From: Granulicella sp.
Lineage (GTDB): Bacteria; Acidobacteriota; Terriglobia; Terriglobales; Acidobacteriaceae
Assembly: GCA_027339965.1 (NCBI GenBank)
Contig: DAHWNL010000069.1
Span: 1 to 33,709 of the forward strand
Direction: 5' to 3'
DNA: 33,709 nucleotides
Position 1 is the first letter of the stretch. Each line of letters opens with the position of its first letter. The notes below the pieces were generated by a model that had not been told where the DNA came from, searched no databases, and saw nothing but the letters and a program-made list of their open reading frames with translations. Of this stretch, positions 28,275 through 33,709 are shown one piece after another. Both the position numbers and the translations under genes were made by a program.

Positions 28275-28915
28275 GTTGGCCTGGAAACGACCCCGCCAAC
28301 CCGGCCGGAGATCCGGTTCCGATCTCGGCGGACAAGGCTTTTGCCCAGAGTTGGCGCGCGCGTATCCTCGCCACGCCACCGATGATCCTTCCCGCGCGTC
28401 AGTACGTCTATCCGCGCTCGATTCCTGGAGAAGGAGACGCGCTGGGCCGCGGAGCCCTGCTGCTGGAGGTGACGCCGCTGGGAATCGAACCGCCCCACCC
28501 CGGCAGCTTCCTGGCCACCTGCGCCCTTGGCTTCCAGAGCCCTGCGCTGCCCAGCGGAATCTTCGCCTGCCCTCGCCCGACGGACCTGCTCGCATTGGCC
28601 GGAGGCTACGCCTACCTCATCGACACCCGCGCGCCGGAGCACTGCCTACACCTTCCCCTGCGCCCGGTGACGCAAGCGCTCGCCGCACCCGCCGACGGCC
28701 TGATGCTGCTCGCCGGCTTTCATCACGTCCTGGCGCTGGACGCGGGCGGCGTCCGCTGGCAGAGCGCCCGGCTGAGCTGGGAGGGTGTGACCATGACCGC
28801 GGTGCGCGACGGAGCCCTGAGCGGCATGGGATGGAACCTGCACACCGATCGCGAGGTCCCCTTCCGCGTCGACCTGCTGACCGGAGCGCATCAAGGCGGC
28901 GGCTTCACGGACTGA
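28271..28915 (+). CDS. Hypothetical protein, possibly beta-rich
   Basis: ATGA overlap with the thiL stop; 214 aa with coding-like codon use; no recognised motif. Confidence 0.75.
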   Translation: MSWPGNDPANPAGDPVPISADKAFAQSWRARILATPPMILPARQYVYPRSIPGEGDALGRGALLLEVTPLGIEPPHPGSFLATCALGFQSPALPSGIFACPRPTDLLALAGGYAYLIDTRAPEHCLHLPLRPVTQALAAPADGLMLLAGFHHVLALDAGGVRWQSARLSWEGVTMTAVRDGALSGMGWNLHTDREVPFRVDLLTGAHQGGGFTD

Positions 28916-28959
28916 ACCCTCCGCTGCCTGACAGAGCAGCCTGAGAACAGCAGCCCCCG

Positions 28960-29053
28960 CCTCTCACCCATCCTCAGCATCCAGAACTCCACCGCTCAGC
29001 CACCGCAACCATGGACACCCACCTCTCACCCAATCTCAGCATCCAAAACTCCA
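28960..29053. repeat. Two 32-bp direct repeats (29/32 identical) separated by 30 bp
   Basis: CCTCTCACCCATCCTCAGCATCCAGAACTCCA (28960-28991) vs CCTCTCACCCAATCTCAGCATCCAAAACTCCA (29022-29053). Confidence 0.85.
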
Positions 29054-29097
29054 TCCCTCTTGCGCCGCAGTGAACTCCGGTCCTCACCCTCCGCAGT

Positions 29098-29132
29098 GGG
29101 TGCCCCACATCTCGGCTTTTGTGAGATGTGGG
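29098..29132 (+). repeat. REP-like palindromic element
   Basis: GGGTGC head, then a perfect 10-bp stem CCCACATCTC / GAGATGTGGG with a 9-nt loop, between convergent genes. Resembles a dispersed palindrome I recall from Acidobacteriaceae genomes; only one copy in this window. Confidence 0.6.
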
Positions 29133-29238
29133 TTTGCAGGATGCCTCCCCGACACACACACCGGCGTCCCCACCAGCTTCCCTGCGGCACAACTGGAGCT
29201 GTCAACGTCACCGTTGCAAGCCGCGCCACAGCTTGGTC

Positions 29239-29877
29239 CTACCGTTTGACCCTGTCGCTGCCCGTCTCGCGAACTCGATAAAAACTGAGCGCCGCGTCAC
29301 CCTGCTCCAGCACCCGAACCCGTTGCAGCGCCGCGTAGCTCTCCGCCGTCGGACACTTGCGCGCGTGCTCGGCCACCACCAGAGCCCCGGGGGAGAGAAT
29401 CGCGGCGGACACCTTCCCCGCCGCTGGCTGCGCAGACCCATCCGGCTGCGCAGCCAGCGCCTGCAGCGTCTCTTCATAGGCCGCGGCCATCTCGTAGGGA
29501 GGGTCGAGAAAGACGAAATCCACCGTCTGCCCCTTGGCTGCGAGCTCGCACAGCAGCCGGGCCGCGCCGCGATCCTCCACGGCGAAGCCTGCGGCGATCT
29601 TGAGCTGAGCAAGATTGGCGCGGATCGCCGCCAGCGCCGGCCGCGCATCCTCTGCAAACCAGACAAACTGCGCTCCGCGGCTGATGGCCTCAATCCCCAC
29701 CGCGCCGGAGCCGGCATAAAGGTCGACGAAGCGCGAACCCGCCAGCGCCGGTCCCAGGCCGCCCATCTCCAGCACGTTGAACAGGGCCTGGCGCAGACGG
29801 TCGCTGGTGGGCCGCGTCAAGACGCCGCGCGGAGCCTGCAAGAGCCGGGATCGGAACTCTCCGGCAATCACCCTCAT
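29239..29877 (-). CDS. rsmD: 16S rRNA m2G966 methyltransferase
   Basis: MRVIAG, TRPTSDR, DLYAGSGAVGIEAISRGA, FLDPPY. Confidence 0.95.
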   Translation of the reverse strand: MRVIAGEFRSRLLQAPRGVLTRPTSDRLRQALFNVLEMGGLGPALAGSRFVDLYAGSGAVGIEAISRGAQFVWFAEDARPALAAIRANLAQLKIAAGFAVEDRGAARLLCELAAKGQTVDFVFLDPPYEMAAAYEETLQALAAQPDGSAQPAAGKVSAAILSPGALVVAEHARKCPTAESYAALQRVRVLEQGDAALSFYRVRETGSDRVKR

Positions 29878-29999
29878 TGTCTTCGCCTTTGGCTCGGCAC
29901 TCTTCCTCTTCTCCAGCTTTCTGCGTTGGCAGCCCTGCCCGCAGGGAGCGGCTCGGCCGCTGCTCCGGGCTCTACGCCTCTCTTGTCTACAATAGAATC

Positions 30000-31130
30000 A
30001 TGCTTCGCTCTTCCATTCCGGTGGGCAGATTCATGGGCGTGGATCTGCGCATCCACGTCTCCTTTCTGCTGCTGCTGCTGATCTCCATGGGTTTCTCCCT
30101 GATCGACAATGGCAGCGTGGGCCGCGGAGTGGCGCTGTGGCTGACCATGTGCTCGGCGGTGCTGGTCCGCGAGATGGCGCGGGCCCTGGCCGCGATGTAC
30201 AACGGCCTACGTCTGCGCGCCCTGTTGCTTCTGCCCATCGGGGGCCTGATGGCCTTCACCGCTTCGGCGCAGGATCCCAACCAGGAGGTGAGCAGCCGCC
30301 TGCTGATGTTCGCCGGCCCGGTGGCGAACTTCGCCGTCGGCCTGCTGATTTTGGGCACCAGCTGCGGCCTGGAGCCGCACGTTTCGCTCATCGCACAACC
30401 CTGGATCTCCACCGCTCACCTTCTGCGCAGCCTGGTATGGATGCAGATCATCCTGGGCATGGTGAGCTTGCTGCCCATGCCGGTGCGGCCCGCCGTGGTG
30501 AGCAAAGCCGAGTCTCCGGCTGATGCACAAGCAGGAAACGGCCGTTCGCGCTCCGGAGCTGGAAGCCTTTTCCCTTTTCCATCCTTCGGACTGGGGGCCG
30601 GACTGGCTCTGGCCATGATCGTCACCGGATTTCTGCTGATGAATCTCTGGCTGATCATCCTGGGCGGCTTCATGATGCTGGGGGCCCAGCTCTCCAGTTC
30701 CCATACTCTCTCCAGCGCTGATGCGGACACCATCCTGGTCCGGGAGGTGATGCTCACCGAGTACACCGTGCTCTCCGGTTCGGATACGCTGCAGACCGCG
30801 CTTGACAGCTCCATCCATAGCTCGCAGGACGTCTTCCCGGTAGTTCGCGGCGATCGCCTGGTGGGCTCGGTAGCGCGCCAGACGCTGGCGGCGCGCCTGA
30901 TCTCGCAAGGAGACAGCTACCTGCAGGGCATCATGACCCGCAGCCTGCAACTGGCCAGCCCCGGCGACAAGCTCTCCGAGGCGCTGCGCCGGGCCTCCCT
31001 GTTCGGCGCCGGCGAGATCATTCCCGTAGTAGAGGACGGCGCGATGATCGGCATTCTGACCCCGCAGAGCCTCTCCCGCGCGGTGCAGCAGGTCAAACTC
31101 ATGCGCCCAGCCGCAACCAGGCCCCGTTAG
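30000..31130 (+). CDS. Site-2 protease (M50/SpoIVFB-like) homolog with a CBS pair; catalytic motif degenerate
   Basis: G..LRIHVSF, LLPIGG, AGPVANF and two CBS domains; REMAR at the HExxH position; ATG 30000. Confidence 0.85.
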   Translation: MLRSSIPVGRFMGVDLRIHVSFLLLLLISMGFSLIDNGSVGRGVALWLTMCSAVLVREMARALAAMYNGLRLRALLLLPIGGLMAFTASAQDPNQEVSSRLLMFAGPVANFAVGLLILGTSCGLEPHVSLIAQPWISTAHLLRSLVWMQIILGMVSLLPMPVRPAVVSKAESPADAQAGNGRSRSGAGSLFPFPSFGLGAGLALAMIVTGFLLMNLWLIILGGFMMLGAQLSSSHTLSSADADTILVREVMLTEYTVLSGSDTLQTALDSSIHSSQDVFPVVRGDRLVGSVARQTLAARLISQGDSYLQGIMTRSLQLASPGDKLSEALRRASLFGAGEIIPVVEDGAMIGILTPQSLSRAVQQVKLMRPAATRPR

Positions 31131-31277
31131 GAGCCGGGAACACAGCCTGCCAACGCACCAGGCAGGGCAAGGCAAGCTGCCTGTCCGCAGGCGCGACCCC
31201 AGGGGAACGCCTGGAGGCTTGGCAGACAGAGCTCAGCTCTTCAACGGGCGCTCAGGCAGGGAGGGAGAAGATAAGCC

Positions 31278-32246
31278 GTGTCCAACGATCGCCAAAGACC
31301 GCAGCCCGTGCCATCTTCTGCGGCCTTGGCGACAAAATCTTCGCCGTGCTCCCTGTCCCCTGGGCTGTATCTGGTGGCCACGCCCATTGGCAATCTGGAG
31401 GACATCACGTTGCGCGCCCTACGCGTGCTGGGCGCAGTGGACCGGATCGCCTGCGAAGACACCCGACAAACGGCCAAGCTGCTGGGCCACTTCGGCATCC
31501 AAAAGCCCACCGTGAGCTATCACACTCACAATGAAAGCGCGCGCGCTCAGGAACTTCTGGCACAGCTCGAGGCCGGAGGGCGGATCGCCGTGGTCTCCGA
31601 TGCGGGCACGCCTGGCATCAGCGATCCCGGCGCCACCCTCGCGCAGGAGGCAATCCGCGCCGGGATACCGGTCTACCCGGTACCAGGAGCCAATGCCGCC
31701 CTCAGCGCGCTCATCGCCAGCGGACTACCTGCCGAAGCCTTCACCTTCCATGGCTTTCTTCCCTCACGGCAGGGAGAGCGCCGGTCCAGGTTAGAAGCCC
31801 TGCGCGGCAGCATCCAGGAGGGGGCTTCCATGACGCATCTGTTTTACGAGACCCCTCATCGGGTGCTGGAGGCTGTCGAGGACATTGTTGCGATCTTCGG
31901 CCCCGCGCAGCGGATCGCGCTAGCCCGCGAGCTGACCAAGGTGCACGAGGAGATGCTGCGTGGCAGCGCGGCCGCAGTCCTGGCCGAGTTGAGCGCTCGG
32001 GCGTCGATCCGGGGAGAGATGGTTCTGCTGATCGATGGTAGCAAGACCCCATCGGGATGGAACAGGTCGGCTCAGCCGGAGACAGCAACCGCGCCGTCCC
32101 CTTCTGTAGCCGAGGAGGTCGCCAGCCTGAGGCGTTCCGAGTCCTTGTCCGAGAAGGAAGCTCTCAAGCGCGTAGCCAGGTCCAGGGGCATCAGCAAGAG
32201 CGAAGCTTACCGCGAGCTGCAGCGCGGGCACGCAGGACGGCGTTAG
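31278..32246 (+). CDS. rsmI: 16S rRNA Cm1402 2'-O-methyltransferase
   Basis: LYLVATPIGNLEDIT.RA, CEDTR, VSDAGTPGISDPG, YETPHR, RELTKVHEE. Confidence 0.96.
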   Translation: MSNDRQRPQPVPSSAALATKSSPCSLSPGLYLVATPIGNLEDITLRALRVLGAVDRIACEDTRQTAKLLGHFGIQKPTVSYHTHNESARAQELLAQLEAGGRIAVVSDAGTPGISDPGATLAQEAIRAGIPVYPVPGANAALSALIASGLPAEAFTFHGFLPSRQGERRSRLEALRGSIQEGASMTHLFYETPHRVLEAVEDIVAIFGPAQRIALARELTKVHEEMLRGSAAAVLAELSARASIRGEMVLLIDGSKTPSGWNRSAQPETATAPSPSVAEEVASLRRSESLSEKEALKRVARSRGISKSEAYRELQRGHAGRR

Positions 32247-32435
32247 AAAAGAAGCCGAAGATCTCCCGCAGGAAACATGCCGCCAAACCACCACTGAGGC
32301 CATGGTCAGAATGCCTGGGAGACGGCAGAAAGCAGATGGAAGGCCACGGCAGCACGCTGAGAGTGTCTGGGTTGCGAAGAAGACCAGTGCTCGCGGACCC
32401 TTGGTCGGGATTCCGGCCGATCCGCTCCCGCTCGT

Positions 32436-32852
32436 CTACCTGCCCTTCAACCGATCGTACTCATAGCGGTCGCTGGTGGTTCCCAGCGCCTGGTTGTAAA
32501 GCACAATGGACCCGGCCGCCGCTTTCATCTGCTCGCGAAAATCGTGCAGGGCGTGCAACTGATCCGCCGTGGCCGGAATCTCCAGTCCACTGGTCTTGAA
32601 GAATTTTTGATATCCGCGGTCCACCAGCCGCGCTATCTCTCCTCCCAGCACCCAGCCGGGAGGGGTGAGCAGGCGAACCGACGCATCCTTTTCCGTGCTC
32701 GGCGCAATCTCCGCGGCGCACCCATTCCGGCTCACCCGGTAGGCCCCTTTAATCCTGTTTGCACCCTCTGATGCCTGCGAAACATCAAATCGCTCACCAC
32801 CCAGCGTGGCCAGAACTTCGTCAAACGTTGGGACCGTCTTCATCTTCGCCAT
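32436..32852 (-). CDS. Hypothetical protein (138 aa)
   Basis: MAKMKTVPTFDEVL...LVDRGYQKF...YNQALGTTSDRYEYDRLKGR; protein-like composition; ATG 32852 preferred over the track start 33062. Confidence 0.75.
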   Translation of the reverse strand: MAKMKTVPTFDEVLATLGGERFDVSQASEGANRIKGAYRVSRNGCAAEIAPSTEKDASVRLLTPPGWVLGGEIARLVDRGYQKFFKTSGLEIPATADQLHALHDFREQMKAAAGSIVLYNQALGTTSDRYEYDRLKGR

Positions 32853-33050
32853 GGTCGTTCTCACCACCCTCTTCGCGCTGCCGACGGGCCCTGCAGGCCG
32901 ACGGCGGGGCTTGCTTAACTCTCGCACATCCGTGCGCCGGGATTCAACGCGCCCCCAGGCCACGCCTACAGGCTCCACGCCCATCGTCTCGCCGGAACCG
33001 GACAACCATGCGTCGCCCATGGAGTGCGGGCACAGCCTCTGCCAGGATTC

Positions 33051-33709
33051 ATGAACGCCCACCCTTCACCACCGCTCGGTATCAGCCTGCTGGAACGCAT
33101 CGGGAACACACCCCTGTTGCGCCTGGACCGGATCACCGAGGCGTTGAACACCCAGCGCCCAGGCAGCATCCAGTTGCTGGGCAAGGTCGAGTGGGTCAAC
33201 CCGGGCGGCAGCATCAAGGACCGCGCCGCCTCCTCCATCGTCCGTGCCGCCATCCGCGAGGGCCAGCTCACCCCGGGCCAGCCGAGCAGATCCCTGCTGG
33301 ACGCCACCAGCGGCAACACCGGGATCGCCTACGCCATGCTGGGCTCGGCGCTGGGCTTCTCGGTGACGCTCTGCATGCCTGCCAACGTCTCCGCAGAGCG
33401 CAAGAACATCCTGGCCGCCTACGGGGCGGAGATCCTCTGGACAGACCCGGCCGACGGCTCCGACGGGGCCATCCGCAGAGCGCGTCAACTCGCCGCCGAG
33501 CAGCCGCACCGCTACTTCTACGCCGACCAGTACGGCAACCGCAATAACTGGCTGGCCCACTACCACGGCACCGCCGAGGAGATCTGGCGCCAGACCCAGG
33601 GCCGCATCACTCACTTCGTCGCGGGCCTGGGCACCTCCGGCACCTTTGTGGGCACCACCCGCCGCTTGCATGAGCTGAACCCCGGCATCCAGTGCATCTC
33701 CATGCAGCC
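33051..33709 (+). CDS. PLP-dependent cysteine synthase family protein (CysK/CysM-like); runs off the right edge
   Basis: Not in the ORF track; hand translation: IGNTPLLRL, NPGGSIKDR (PLP lysine), ATSGNTG, DQYGN, AGLGTSGT. Confidence 0.93.
   Translation, partial: MNAHPSPPLGISLLERIGNTPLLRLDRITEALNTQRPGSIQLLGKVEWVNPGGSIKDRAASSIVRAAIREGQLTPGQPSRSLLDATSGNTGIAYAMLGSALGFSVTLCMPANVSAERKNILAAYGAEILWTDPADGSDGAIRRARQLAAEQPHRYFYADQYGNRNNWLAHYHGTAEEIWRQTQGRITHFVAGLGTSGTFVGTTRRLHELNPGIQCISMQ

Noticed and set aside
28960..29053. CRISPR array
   Set aside because: Only two imperfect, non-palindromic repeats, with no leader and no cas genes in the window; kept only as a direct repeat.
32853..33050. SAM riboswitch or Cys leader peptide upstream of cysteine synthase
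   Set aside because: No SAM-I signature (AUC..GAG..GA, GCAACC, GUGC..A in order) and no Cys-rich short ORF.

Overview
GC-rich bacterial chromosomal window, most likely Acidobacteriaceae (inferred from protein style, gene order and a GGGTGCCCCACATCTC REP-like hairpin). Left to right it holds: a rhamnose/glycan locus (truncated GH78-like alpha-L-rhamnosidase, rhaM, and a divergent secreted GH-D-clan-like protein); purU/carbonic anhydrase; a his operon (hisI-G-D-C-B-H-F, then hisA) preceded by a His-rich leader peptide and attenuator missed by the ORF track; a Tat-exported sulfatase; an ECF sigma/zinc anti-sigma/DUF3106 triad; tRNA-Val(CAC); a two-gene cytochrome bd-superfamily module with fused c-type hemes; a ferritin-like/VIT1 iron exporter; and housekeeping genes (dxr, rseP, DHH phosphoesterase, M23 peptidase, thiL, rsmD, degenerate M50-CBS, rsmI, truncated cysteine synthase). 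There is no transposase, integrase, cas gene or prophage. The best leads are the apparently leaderless his attenuator, the CydA/CydA'-like pair with heme ligands split between subunits, the uncharacterised glycoside hydrolase, the catalytically dead site-2 protease homolog, and a recurring leaderless-start pattern. All family calls come from motif recognition, not database searches.
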